DNA from: an uncultured delta proteobacterium
Lineage (GTDB): Bacteria > Desulfobacterota > Binatia > UBA9968
DNA: 64,000 nt
Direction: 5' to 3'
Assembly: GCA_963737905.1 (NCBI GenBank)
Contig: CAVTUQ010000028.1
Coordinates: 32,001 to 96,000, forward strand
Part shown: in pieces, positions 50,037-59,915 of the stretch
Position numbering within the stretch: the first letter of the stretch is position 1
Layout of the letters: each line of letters opens with the position of its first letter
The notes under the pieces: generated by a model
The model's database searches: none
Seen by the model: the letters and a program-made list of their open reading frames with translations, nothing else
What the model was told of the DNA's origin: nothing
Made by a program: the position numbers and the translations under genes

Positions 50037-52884
50037 CGGGCTGGTCGTTTCCCGGCTCGGCGCCTGACAGAGCAGTGGTCTCGACCATCCCTGATCGACG
50101 ACCTAGAAAAGCACTCCTGAGCCCGGAGAGTAGCCCCTCCTTCTTCCCTGCACGCGGTGCTTCGACGCGCAAAACCGGCGGCGCCTTAGACACCGGGGAA
50201 GCTTTCTCGCTATCGACGGGAAGGTCGGTCACCGATGGCCGCGAGTTCCGCCGCAGCCGCTCGAGAAGCTCGGGTGAAGGCACCGGCCGCGGCGTGGTCC
50301 AACTAAAATGCTCGAGGGTTTCGCGGTTGGCGACGTTGCGGGGCTGCCCGCCGCGCAGAAGCTCGGCCAGGTCCGCAGCCACGATGGCCCCCTGGTGGGA
50401 GAAAACTTCGAAGGTGTTGCCGCCGACGTGGGGCGTAGCGATCACATTCGCGAGCTGGAGCAGTGGATGATCCGAACCGGGCGGCTCAACGGGAAACACG
50501 TCGACCGCCGCGCCCGCAAGGCGCCCGTCCTTGAGCGCCGAGACCAGCGCCTCTTGATCGATAAGGGCCGCGCGCGCCGTGTTGATCAGATACGCGCCCG
50601 GCTTCATCCTCGCAATCTCTGCGGGCCCGAGCAATACCCGCGATTCGTCGGTCAGGGCCGCATGCAGGCTGACGAAATCGCCTTCGGCAAGGAGCTGTTC
50701 CAGCGAGACCGGATCGACGTCGAGGAGCACCGCTTTTTCGGGGGAAATGAATGGATCGTAGGCGATGACGCGCACGCCAAACGGCTGGAGGCGCTTGACC
50801 ACACGTTGCCCGACAGCCCCCAAACCGACGATGCCGATCGTTTTGTGCCACAACTCATGGCCCTTTAGCCCCTCGAAGGCCCGCCCCATACGACCGACAT
50901 CGCCTTCTTCGCCGGACTGATAGAGAAATTGCGTCGCCTGCGGTAACTTGCGGGCCAACATCAGCATGAAACAAACCGTGAGGTCGGCGACCGCGTCCGC
51001 GTTGCGTCCCGGCGTGGTGAGCACTAAAATTCCATGCGCCGTGCAAGCGTCGACGTCGAGATTGACTGCGTTCCCGCGGCAGGAAGCGACCACCCGAAGA
51101 TCCGGCACCTTGCTCAACACCTCGGCGTCGACCGCGTCTACTTCAGTGATCAACACCTGTACCCCGGCAAGCGCCTCGATGAGATCTTCGCCGGCGAGCA
51201 GCCGCAACTTTTCGCGAAAGCTCTCATAGCGTACTTCTCCAAGTTTGCGCAGCGTCGCCAATCCCTCATCGTCCATCGCCGCGGTTACCAGGATGTTCGG
51301 GCGTAGCATGGCAGGCTGGGATTCAACGCGATCACCGTTTTGGGCCGCTTTAGCCATGATCACCTGTACCGCGTTTGATTCGGCGATCTCGTCAGCCTTC
51401 TGACGTTCGGCTCGTACTTCCAGCCAGTGATCGTAGTGCGACTGGTACGCAAAGCGCCGCGCCGAATCAGGCGCAAAGCCGCGCACTTCGCTGGCAAAAC
51501 GCTTCGCCCCCTCGGCGACGTTGCCATACAGCTGCGCTCCGACGCCGGCGCAAATAGCAGCGCCCAGCGCCGAGCATTCCGGCAGCTGGGCAGCTTCAAC
51601 CGGCATGCCGAGCACATCCGAAAGAAGCTGTGCGAAGAATGCGCTTTTCGACATCCCGCCGGCCAATCGGATCGCTTGGGTCGATCCGTTCTGCGCCGCC
51701 TTTTGCAACAGCTCAATATTACTCCTCGCCGCAAAGGCCAAGCCTTCGACAACGGCTCGCGACACGTGGCAACGGCGCGACGGATCGTCGGCCAGCATCA
51801 TCGGCGACAATGTCAGATGCCCAACGGGCAGCCGCAGACGGCTGGCGTTGAATACCTCGGCTCCCAAGGTCGAGACGATCCCTTCGGCGCCCACGACACT
51901 TTGGGATGCTTCGGCAAACAGCACTGCCGCAGGATCGCCCCATCCTGCATAGATCACGCCGGCCAGCCAATCGATCATGTCGCCGCTTGGCCCGCCGTTG
52001 GATTCGAGCGTCCAGCGCCCCTGTATGACGTGGTGCGACGTCCACAGGCGGGCCTCCGGGTCGATAAACCCGCGCTCAAGCACCCGCTGCACCGGCATCG
52101 TCGAACCGGCAATGATAGCGATCTGGCCCGAGTCAACCACCCCGGCACCGAGCAGGCCACACTGCGTATCGCCGCCACCCGCGACCACTGGAATGCCAGG
52201 CTGAAGGCCCAGATTCAAAGCCGCATCTTTGCCGAGCGGACCAACCACGGTCCCCGAGGACACGACGTCCGGAAATAGGTGTCGCGGCAAACCAAGCGAG
52301 CGGATGAGATCATCCGCCCACCGCCTCGCGCCCACCTCGAACAGGCCGCTTTCGCTCGCCACCGACGGCTCAGCGACCAGATTTCCCGACAGCCGATACG
52401 CCAACCAATCGCTCAGTCCCAACACCGAGTGGGCCCGGCCGAGAAGCTCGGGCGCTGAGTTTGCCATCCACAACAGCCGCGAAGCCGTAAACAACGGAGC
52501 CGGAAAATGCCCCGTGCGCTCGTGAAACTCGCGTCCACGTTCGCCCGCCAGCTGAAGGCCGTGCATCGCTCCGCGCGCGTCTCGCGTCGGCGTCGCAAGC
52601 AGTACTTCTCCTCCCTCATCGACCACCACCGACCCGTGACGCATGCCCGTGGTGGAGACCCCCAAGACATCCCGCGGTCGTGCACCCACCTCCGCCATCG
52701 CGTCACGCGCGGCTTCACCGAAGCGGCGCCACACCTCGACCGTATCAAGGTCGTAACCGAATCCGAGGCTCATCCGGTGTTGCCACGGCCGACAGGTGCT
52801 CACCGCCCGGCCGGAAGCCACGTCAAGAAGCAAGCAGCGGCCCTTTTTGCCGCCGAGGTCGAGCCCCATCAAATACTGCGCCAC
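49936..52884 (-). CDS. FGGY-family sugar kinase fused to D-2-hydroxyacid (SerA-like) dehydrogenase
   Basis: GLDLG, GGGDTQC, GSTMP, AGGMSKS and ALGAA (FGGY), then TPGRNA, GLGAVG, INTAR, DVF...EP and TPHVG. Confidence 0.88.
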   Translation of the reverse strand: MAQYLMGLDLGGKKGRCLLLDVASGRAVSTCRPWQHRMSLGFGYDLDTVEVWRRFGEAARDAMAEVGARPRDVLGVSTTGMRHGSVVVDEGGEVLLATPTRDARGAMHGLQLAGERGREFHERTGHFPAPLFTASRLLWMANSAPELLGRAHSVLGLSDWLAYRLSGNLVAEPSVASESGLFEVGARRWADDLIRSLGLPRHLFPDVVSSGTVVGPLGKDAALNLGLQPGIPVVAGGGDTQCGLLGAGVVDSGQIAIIAGSTMPVQRVLERGFIDPEARLWTSHHVIQGRWTLESNGGPSGDMIDWLAGVIYAGWGDPAAVLFAEASQSVVGAEGIVSTLGAEVFNASRLRLPVGHLTLSPMMLADDPSRRCHVSRAVVEGLAFAARSNIELLQKAAQNGSTQAIRLAGGMSKSAFFAQLLSDVLGMPVEAAQLPECSALGAAICAGVGAQLYGNVAEGAKRFASEVRGFAPDSARRFAYQSHYDHWLEVRAERQKADEIAESNAVQVIMAKAAQNGDRVESQPAMLRPNILVTAAMDDEGLATLRKLGEVRYESFREKLRLLAGEDLIEALAGVQVLITEVDAVDAEVLSKVPDLRVVASCRGNAVNLDVDACTAHGILVLTTPGRNADAVADLTVCFMLMLARKLPQATQFLYQSGEEGDVGRMGRAFEGLKGHELWHKTIGIVGLGAVGQRVVKRLQPFGVRVIAYDPFISPEKAVLLDVDPVSLEQLLAEGDFVSLHAALTDESRVLLGPAEIARMKPGAYLINTARAALIDQEALVSALKDGRLAGAAVDVFPVEPPGSDHPLLQLANVIATPHVGGNTFEVFSHQGAIVAADLAELLRGGQPRNVANRETLEHFSWTTPRPVPSPELLERLRRNSRPSVTDLPVDSEKASPVSKAPPVLRVEAPRAGKKEGLLSGLRSAFLGRRSGMVETTALSGAEPGNDQPDGRQNGTRFGRIEGSARADGTTLGHFRPAPEPR

Positions 52885-53074
52885 TTATTTCCTTCCGGTA
52901 AGAAAAACCCAGCGAATTTAAGAGCCTCTTATCGCAATCAGGGCGTAGATGTCCAGCCTTGGGAGTAGTATGGCGACGGAAAATTGGCGATTGACACGGA
53001 ATTCCGGAGAGTCGCCTCTACGGCTCTCCGAAAATCCAGACATAGAAGGAGGGCGAGGAGCTTCTCGGCGCAAA

Positions 53075-53929
53075 TTACGGGGTGCCAGTCCGGCAGGCCG
53101 ATCCTGAGCTTTCTTCGAGAAAGGCAGTGGCCTTTTTTCTGACGTCTTCCGTCGGCAGACGATGCCCATTGTTGGGATAGAGAACGAAGCGGTAGGGTCT
53201 CTTAGCGGCCTCAAGCGAGTCGCGTAAGAGATTCGCTTGTTGGACGGGAACCAGAGAATCCTTTTCACCATGCAGCACCAGGGTCGGAGCGTGCCAGGTG
53301 GAGACCTCCGGCAGAATGCTGATGAGCTTCGGATGAGCTTCGCCGCTGGGATTCAACAGGGATCGAAACCAGGGTGCTTCTTGATAGAACAGATTCAGAT
53401 CATAGGCTCCTGACTGCAAGACTATCCCTTCGATTCCCTCTATCCGGTTTACGAGGAGCGAGGTGAAAAATGCGCCACGGGAGAAACCATAAAGGTAAAA
53501 TCGCTTAGACTCTATCCATGGAAGCTTCTCGACTAGAGAAACCGCGTCCAGGATCACGTTTAAGGTAATTTTTGGATCTGTCCCCGGCGCCACTTCTGTT
53601 GCACCATAGCCGGGAAGCGAAACGGCCAAGCCGGCGTAGCAAAGATCGCTGGCAAAAGCTTCCGCCTCCGGCACGATACTTGTGGCACCAATGGCTCCAA
53701 AAGTGTGGCCGTGGAGCAAGATCATAAGCGGGAACGGGCCGGGCCCTGCGGGTCTGATGAGATAGGCTTCGGCATTTGAACCGGAAGTCGGAAAGATAAA
53801 ACGCGTGGTGACACCTCTCGGAGTGTCAACCAGCGCGTCTAGGGATGTCGTCTTGGCGGCGTTACAGGCAACGAGCGAGAAAAGACAGAGAAAGGGGAAG
53901 AAATATTTTGGAAACTTTCGGTGTTCCAC
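53075..53929 (-). CDS. Alpha/beta hydrolase (S9 peptidase-like), probable lipoprotein
   Basis: LVAC lipobox, LLHG, GFSRG, LHGEKD and NGH triad motifs. Start is uncertain. Confidence 0.8.
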   Translation of the reverse strand: MEHRKFPKYFFPFLCLFSLVACNAAKTTSLDALVDTPRGVTTRFIFPTSGSNAEAYLIRPAGPGPFPLMILLHGHTFGAIGATSIVPEAEAFASDLCYAGLAVSLPGYGATEVAPGTDPKITLNVILDAVSLVEKLPWIESKRFYLYGFSRGAFFTSLLVNRIEGIEGIVLQSGAYDLNLFYQEAPWFRSLLNPSGEAHPKLISILPEVSTWHAPTLVLHGEKDSLVPVQQANLLRDSLEAAKRPYRFVLYPNNGHRLPTEDVRKKATAFLEESSGSACRTGTP

Positions 53930-54168
53930 AGGAAGAACACCGCCGAGCAATTGTTACGCCAACCGAACGGTTTGGGTATCTAGGCGAATGAGGGAACTTC
54001 TATCTCTCTAAAGTGCCGTTACGTGGACTTTGCGAGTTTGAAAATGTTCTGTTGACCGTAATTTTCTCGAAGAGCGTGTCTATCGGCTGGGCTCTCTTCT
54101 TGGGGAGCCCCGTCCCGCCGGACCTCCGAACAGGAAAAGGTGCTACAGGTGAAACGGATACTGAGATA

Positions 54169-55059
54169 TTAGCGCAGCACACGGCACAATGCCTTAGCGA
54201 TGGTCGGCACTAGGCGGGGCCGTACTAAGCGTGCATCGTAGCGATCTAACCGTCGAGCATTTTCTGTCAGGCACAGCTCGAGAAAGCGGCGTGGGGTAAT
54301 CCCCGTAGTGATCACCTGATGCGCTTTCATGGTAAAATTCTTGTTAGTGCGTGCCCCGAGCGCAATTTTTAGGCGCTTGTGTGCCTGCAAAACTCTTTCC
54401 AAGGCTCCGCGGCCCAGGCGACCTGGCCGTTGCCAGAGCGGACTTCGAACATGGCGGTAGGCTTCCCAATTGACAAAAAAAAGAACGTGACGCGCCTCCT
54501 CCTGTATGACCGGCTCAAACATCTCGACTAAGGGCCGCGGGACCAACCCAGAGTCCCTTGCAATGGCAAAAAGCGCACAGGTGAAAAAGGCATCGAAACA
54601 CTCGCTATAGCCGAAACGCAGGAATTCCCATTCGGCATCCACCGGGGGTTGTGGCGGCGGTAAATCAGGCAGCACAATCCCATAGCGCGTCGTTAGACCT
54701 TGGATAATCGCAGCATGCCGAGCTTCTTCCTGGGCTAGGAGCGTTACAGCCTCGCGTATCAAAGGATCGGTCTCCAGCGTCGCACAGCTCTGAATCGTGC
54801 ATGTCCCCATACATTCGGTCTCCATCGCTTCGGCCCATACGGGCAGGCTGTGGAGCAGTTTGAGGCTACCCTCATCGAGCTCGGGCCACTCGATAGCAGC
54901 AGGATCAAACCTGATATGCGTATCGATAAAAAATCGACAGAACAGTTCTTTGTGTTCCTGCGAACCAACTACGAGCGATCCCGGCCGGCTATTTTGATAG
55001 GCGAGTGTGTTTGTAACGCCGTCGTCGGCTCGCCCCTCTGTCTTCAGGTGGAAAGTCAT
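54169..55059 (-). CDS. Ferritin-like (diiron) domain protein
   Basis: Two QEEARH (ExxH) motifs plus ETE and SEC ligand positions. Confidence 0.8.
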   Translation of the reverse strand: MTFHLKTEGRADDGVTNTLAYQNSRPGSLVVGSQEHKELFCRFFIDTHIRFDPAAIEWPELDEGSLKLLHSLPVWAEAMETECMGTCTIQSCATLETDPLIREAVTLLAQEEARHAAIIQGLTTRYGIVLPDLPPPQPPVDAEWEFLRFGYSECFDAFFTCALFAIARDSGLVPRPLVEMFEPVIQEEARHVLFFVNWEAYRHVRSPLWQRPGRLGRGALERVLQAHKRLKIALGARTNKNFTMKAHQVITTGITPRRFLELCLTENARRLDRYDARLVRPRLVPTIAKALCRVLR

Positions 55060-55217
55060 AAACCGTCCTTTACACTTACGTCTCCAACAACGTCCCGCCC
55101 CTCTTCAACGACATCCTCCGACAGAAGAGACTATGACGGACGCATGCTCAGCGAGTCTATTTGAAGCCTCTTAACAAAATCGGGCCTTAGATGTCCAGCC
55201 CTATCAAACAAAAATGC

Positions 55218-57038
55218 TCAACGGTACCCTTGCGCTTGCAAGCTGAACAGGTGGCCGTAGATGCCTCCCTGGTTGAGGAGATCGTGGTGGCTGCCGATTT
55301 CCGCAATCCGACCCTCTTGGATGACGACGATCCGGTCAGCCATGCGCACGGTGGAAAACCGGTGCGAGATCAAGATCGCCATTTTGCCGACGGTGAGTTC
55401 TTGAAACCGACGGAAGATCTCATATTCAGTCTCGGCGTCCAGCGAAGCGGTAGGCTCATCCAAAACCAGTATGTCTGCATCTCTCATAAACGCTCGGGCC
55501 AGAGCAATCTTCTGCCATTGTCCGACGGAGAGCTCGTGGCCGCCATGAAACCAACGACCCAGCATGGTCTGATAGCCGTCCGGTAGTTTTTCTATGATAG
55601 CATGGGCGCCGCTCTTGCGCGCGGATTCAATGATTTGCTCCAGCCTATTCAATGCTTCGATTTGGCCAAAGCCCACGTTCTCGCTGGCGGGCAGGTGATA
55701 ACGGACGAAATCTTGAAAGATGACGCCGATTCTTTGCCGCAGGTCGAGTGGGTCCAGCTCCCGGATATCGATGCCTTCGATCAAGATCGTGCCCTCAGTC
55801 GGGTCGTAGAGGCGGGTAAGAAGTTTTATCAAAGTTGTTTTGCCGGCGCCGTTGGGTCCCACGAGCGCGATTTTCTCGCCGGGGCGGATCGTCAACTCGA
55901 TATCACGCAAAGCCCATTCTTCGCTTTCCGGATAGCGAAACCCGACGCCGCGAAATTCAATACCGCTACGAAGGGGAACCGGCAGTTCTCGATTTCGAGC
56001 GGCGACGTCCATCTGGGGTTTTAGCCCTAGAAAATCGAAAAGGTTGGCCATGAACAGATTGTTCTCGTAAATGCTGCCGACGGCCGCCAGGATGGCTTGA
56101 AAGGTGGATTGGCCCTGACGAAAAAGGGTCAAGTAAAGGGTCATATCGCCGAGTGAGATCTTCCCCTGCACCGTGTGCCAGACGATCCATGCATAGGAAC
56201 CGTAAAAACCCAGAGTGGCGATGAGACCCAAACCGAATCCCGCGACGGCCCGCCTGAATGCCAACGATTTGTCTTCTTGAAAAAATTTATCGAAAAGCGT
56301 CATGTAACGTGCGAGCAAAGTTTCGCCGAGGTTGAAGAGTTTAATCTCTTTGGCTGAGACGTCTTCCGTGAGCAGCCGCGAGAGGTAGTTGATCTGGCGG
56401 GTTTCCGGCGCCCGGCGGGTGAGGAGTCTAAAACCTTCTTCCGAGAAACGGGTCTCCGCAATGAAAGCGGGGATGCTTGTAACTAAGAGGATGACCACGA
56501 GCCAGGGACTAAAGCGTAGCAGAAGCACGGCGAACGATATCAGCGTGATCGTGTTCTGTACAATCAGGAACGTGTCGTTGATCAAATCTACGGGCTTGTA
56601 TCCCGACTCCCGGCGGGCATTCTGTAAGCGGTCGTAAAAATCGGGATGCTCGAAAAAAGCGAGATCCAAGCTCAGCGCCTTCTGGATAATCTGGCCCCGA
56701 ATGCGGTTGGCAAGTTGGAGCTGGATCAGTTGTTGGATGAGCCGCCGCGTGTGATTGAGCACAGTGCTGAACAAGAAAAGACTCAATTCCAGTATCAGGT
56801 AGACAAAAACCCTCCTGACCTGTTCGGGGTCTGCGCCTCGCTGGATGGATGCCACCACTCCGTCCACAATGAGCTTTCCTACCCAAGCCTGGGATGCTGG
56901 CAGGAGCGCGCCGCCCAAGGTGAGAAAACCCAGGCCCATGGTGGCCCAGCGGTTGGTATGCCATACGAGCTTGACAGCCCTCGGAGTGTGGGCGAAGGAG
57001 CGATGGAATTCCTTCCACCGTTGCGACAAAAGGACCAT
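55218..57038 (-). CDS. ABC transporter ATP-binding/permease protein
   Basis: TM domain plus GPNGAGKT, LSVGQWQ, LDEPT and ISHR motifs. Confidence 0.93.
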   Translation of the reverse strand: MVLLSQRWKEFHRSFAHTPRAVKLVWHTNRWATMGLGFLTLGGALLPASQAWVGKLIVDGVVASIQRGADPEQVRRVFVYLILELSLFLFSTVLNHTRRLIQQLIQLQLANRIRGQIIQKALSLDLAFFEHPDFYDRLQNARRESGYKPVDLINDTFLIVQNTITLISFAVLLLRFSPWLVVILLVTSIPAFIAETRFSEEGFRLLTRRAPETRQINYLSRLLTEDVSAKEIKLFNLGETLLARYMTLFDKFFQEDKSLAFRRAVAGFGLGLIATLGFYGSYAWIVWHTVQGKISLGDMTLYLTLFRQGQSTFQAILAAVGSIYENNLFMANLFDFLGLKPQMDVAARNRELPVPLRSGIEFRGVGFRYPESEEWALRDIELTIRPGEKIALVGPNGAGKTTLIKLLTRLYDPTEGTILIEGIDIRELDPLDLRQRIGVIFQDFVRYHLPASENVGFGQIEALNRLEQIIESARKSGAHAIIEKLPDGYQTMLGRWFHGGHELSVGQWQKIALARAFMRDADILVLDEPTASLDAETEYEIFRRFQELTVGKMAILISHRFSTVRMADRIVVIQEGRIAEIGSHHDLLNQGGIYGHLFSLQAQGYR

Positions 57039-57193
57039 AGAAACGCCTCCTATACGGAAATGGGCTCGTCAAGATAGTTGGAAGTCCGATCTACCAGTGA
57101 AGAACGACGGCGGTATTCAGAATAACACCGGTGCACTTCGAAGGGTCGTTAATTTGATTCAAAGATTAGACTGGCCCGTCATTCCGCAGGCAG

Positions 57194-58174
57194 CTACAAT
57201 CCCAATTCCTTTTGCGCCTGCCTGAGGTAACTCAAGTCCACGTAGCGTTCCGGTGAGGGTAAAGGCTCTCTGAGAACCCCGTCCCGGGCCTGCACCTCGA
57301 TATTCATCCTCAAGCCATCCAAGGTAACCGCGCCGTCGATAGGAAAGATTTTATTTTTGGTGAAATAATCAACACCCCTGCGAGCGTAGGGCGGCTTGAC
57401 ACCCATTTCTTGAGTGAAGAATTCCGCCGCTTGGTCGGGTTGTTCGTAAATCCAGCGCAGGCTGCGAATGTGGGCCTTGAGGAACCTTATGACGGTGGCG
57501 CGGTTCTTCTCCGACCAAGCGGGGTTGATGGTAACGGCGTTAAATTGATATGTGGGGATCAATTCCAATGTGTCGCCCAGCCGATTGAACCCTTGATCAA
57601 CGGCGATGTCAGAGTATGGGATGCCCAAAACTCCTCCGGCGATCGCACCGCTTTCAAGCGCGGTCAAGCGCGCCGACGTTCCCCCCGAAATCACCACCAT
57701 GGAGAAATCGCGGGGATGGAGGAGCCCTTTGCTCTTCAGATAGTCCAGAAGTATCGATGTCGCCCCCCCGCGCAGCGCCGACACGCCGATCCGCGCTCCT
57801 TTGAGATCATCGATTTTTTTGTAGGCCTTGCCGCCGACCAATACGTATGGAGCGGAATTGTCGACCCCGGCGATGACCTTGAGGTTTCCGCCCTTTTCAT
57901 TGATCACGATGGTCGCATCGGCATTCAAGCTGCCGATCTGAATTTCTCCCGCGAGCAGCGCCGCGAGCTGGACGTCGCTTCGTCCAATCAGGACGGGTTC
58001 AATCCTGATGTTCTCGGCCGCGTAAAAACCCTTCTTCTGGCCGACGTAGTAAGGCATAAAAAAAAGCGTTTTTGAGGTGATTCCTACTTTTACGGTTTGC
58101 GCGCTAACAGCCGGCACTCGAACCAGGCCGCCGAAGAAGAGCATCAGAAATCCGCTCACAATCCGAGCAATCAT
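57194..58174 (-). CDS. ABC substrate-binding protein, NMT1/SsuA family
   Basis: Signal peptide, KKGFY, DLKGARIG and ARLTALESG motifs. Confidence 0.85.
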   Translation of the reverse strand: MIARIVSGFLMLFFGGLVRVPAVSAQTVKVGITSKTLFFMPYYVGQKKGFYAAENIRIEPVLIGRSDVQLAALLAGEIQIGSLNADATIVINEKGGNLKVIAGVDNSAPYVLVGGKAYKKIDDLKGARIGVSALRGGATSILLDYLKSKGLLHPRDFSMVVISGGTSARLTALESGAIAGGVLGIPYSDIAVDQGFNRLGDTLELIPTYQFNAVTINPAWSEKNRATVIRFLKAHIRSLRWIYEQPDQAAEFFTQEMGVKPPYARRGVDYFTKNKIFPIDGAVTLDGLRMNIEVQARDGVLREPLPSPERYVDLSYLRQAQKELGL

Positions 58175-58402
58175 TGGCAGTCCTTCTTTCATGGTTGAAT
58201 AGAAGCGTATCTTATAATGGACGCCGCGACAGTGCCAAGAAGAAAAAAGCGTGAGAAAACGCGATCCTCTTCGTCTTAAATGTTCGGCCCGAGAAATGCA
58301 TAGATCCGATCACAGCGGCAGATTCGTAAGATATCAGAGACGTTAGATGTCATGTATCGCGACAGCCATGAAATCTACCGCTGCCGTTGGATGGGAAAAA
58401 TA

Positions 58403-58882
58403 ATGGAAACGGATGTCAACCGCAAACTTATCGGATGGATTTTGACCCTTGCCTTCGCCGTGAGTATTCTTTCGCATGTTCAATGGCCAACAGACATCGT
58501 CAACGCCCAACAGCGTAGTGCGGAAATCCGTGGGGGCTGCACGAATCAAGACAACGGCCGCCATTTCGCCAGAACTGAGCTTTTCTTCGGAAGAGCCAAA
58601 CCAAGCGGGGCCATGGTGACCGACGAGGAATTCCACAGCTTCCTCGATGAAATTGTCACGCCCCGATTTCCCAATGGATTGACGGCACTTTCTGGGACCG
58701 GGCAATTTCGCGGCTCGAGCGGAATGGTTACACGCGAAGGATCCGTGTTTGTGATATTGCTTTATCCCACTGACGACAAAAGCAGCAGCACGCGCATTGA
58801 AGAAATCCGAGAAACCTATCGGGAAGCCTTCCAGCAGGAATCGGTGCTGCGTGTCGATGGCGAGTCCTGTGTCTCCTTCTGA
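58403..58882 (+). CDS. DUF3574-family exported protein
   Basis: RTELFFG, FLDEIVTPRFPNGLT, GQFR and FQQESVLR motifs. Confidence 0.85.
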   Translation: METDVNRKLIGWILTLAFAVSILSHVQWPTDIVNAQQRSAEIRGGCTNQDNGRHFARTELFFGRAKPSGAMVTDEEFHSFLDEIVTPRFPNGLTALSGTGQFRGSSGMVTREGSVFVILLYPTDDKSSSTRIEEIRETYREAFQQESVLRVDGESCVSF

Positions 58883-58944
58883 TCGAGTCTATAAAAAAAT
58901 ATCCCCATATCCGCTCTCCTCAGTTCCTCCGAAGCACCAGGACC

Positions 58945-58995
58945 GATAAGGCCTTATCATATGGATTGACAAGTGAACTCAGACAGCGCTAGTTT
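58945..58995 (+). promoter_or_regulatory. Putative sigma70 promoter with upstream palindrome
   Basis: Perfect palindrome GATAAGGCCTTATC (58945-58958), TTGACA (58966-58971), 18-bp spacer and TAGTTT. Confidence 0.45.
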
Positions 58996-59030
58996 CGCCG
59001 TATATCGGTTTCAAACAAAGGAGGAATATT

Positions 59031-59402
59031 ATGGACTTCGTTAGTTTGGATCAAAAGATCGACGAGGCCGGCAGGGACAAAGTCAGAAACACTCATCTTT
59101 TCGAAGCGGGAAATTTTCGCTCGTGGATGCTTTACTTCGAGCCCGGGGACGGTACGCCGATGCACTTTCATCAGAACCCGGAGACCTTTTTGGTCCTCCA
59201 GGGAAAGTGCTCGGTCAAAGATATGAAAGGTGCGGAGCGAATTATCAACAAGAACGATATCGTTTTTTTCGCGGCCAAAGACTACTATCAACTTACCAAT
59301 GTCGGCAGCGATCCGCTGATTCTCTTTGGTAATCGTTCTGAACCCTTCGGCGTTCCCATCACGAGGGCAGGTGAAGAAGCATCCATAGGAAAAGGCGCTT
59401 GA
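59031..59402 (+). CDS. Cupin domain protein
   Basis: PMHFHQNPETF cupin motif; GGAGG RBS. Confidence 0.85.
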   Translation: MDFVSLDQKIDEAGRDKVRNTHLFEAGNFRSWMLYFEPGDGTPMHFHQNPETFLVLQGKCSVKDMKGAERIINKNDIVFFAAKDYYQLTNVGSDPLILFGNRSEPFGVPITRAGEEASIGKGA

Positions 59403-59453
59403 TCTAAAAATTGTGCCGTCTCGTGACGCTGCATATCGAAGGAGGAACCATCT

Positions 59454-59885
59454 ATGCCCGCTGAGTTTATCGATCTTTTAGGCCTGCCTGAATTGGAAAT
59501 CGGTCACAGTAAAAAAGTGTTGTTCACCTCGGATCATTTTCACACCTGGGTTCACGGCGACTACCCGGGAACCAAGGGGCCGATGCACAAGCATACTGCC
59601 GATCAGCAGTTTTATTGCGTTAAAGGAGAGTGCACCTTCCACTTTCCCGACGGCTCCTCGCGACGCCTCACACCTGGCATGCTGGTGACAATACCCGCTG
59701 GCCAACTCTATCAGCTCGACAATACCGGCGATGAATACATGATTCTTTTGGGCGCGCGGGCAGAGGCCGCGGCCAAGCCACGCTTTACCGGCGACGAGCA
59801 GGTCGTAACCGTCAGTGACTATGCGCTACGGAATCTCGATAAAATCAACGCGCCCGAGGAAAAGAAGGCTAGAGCCAGGGTTAGG
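59454..59885 (+). CDS. Cupin domain protein (true stop uncertain)
   Basis: PMHKH...DQQFY motif and GGAGG RBS. As assembled it reads through into the next gene's signal peptide. Confidence 0.75.
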
Positions 59886-59915
59886 CTCATGAGTCCACAG
59901 GAGAAAGAGACGCCA

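Noticed and set aside
48942-50120. 392-aa plus-strand ORF
   Set aside because: Antisense to the SCP2-aldolase ORF in GC-rich DNA.
58222-58237. Sigma54-like motif TGGCAC-N7-GC upstream of the binding-protein gene
   Set aside because: Spacing is right, but the TT before the -12 GC is missing.
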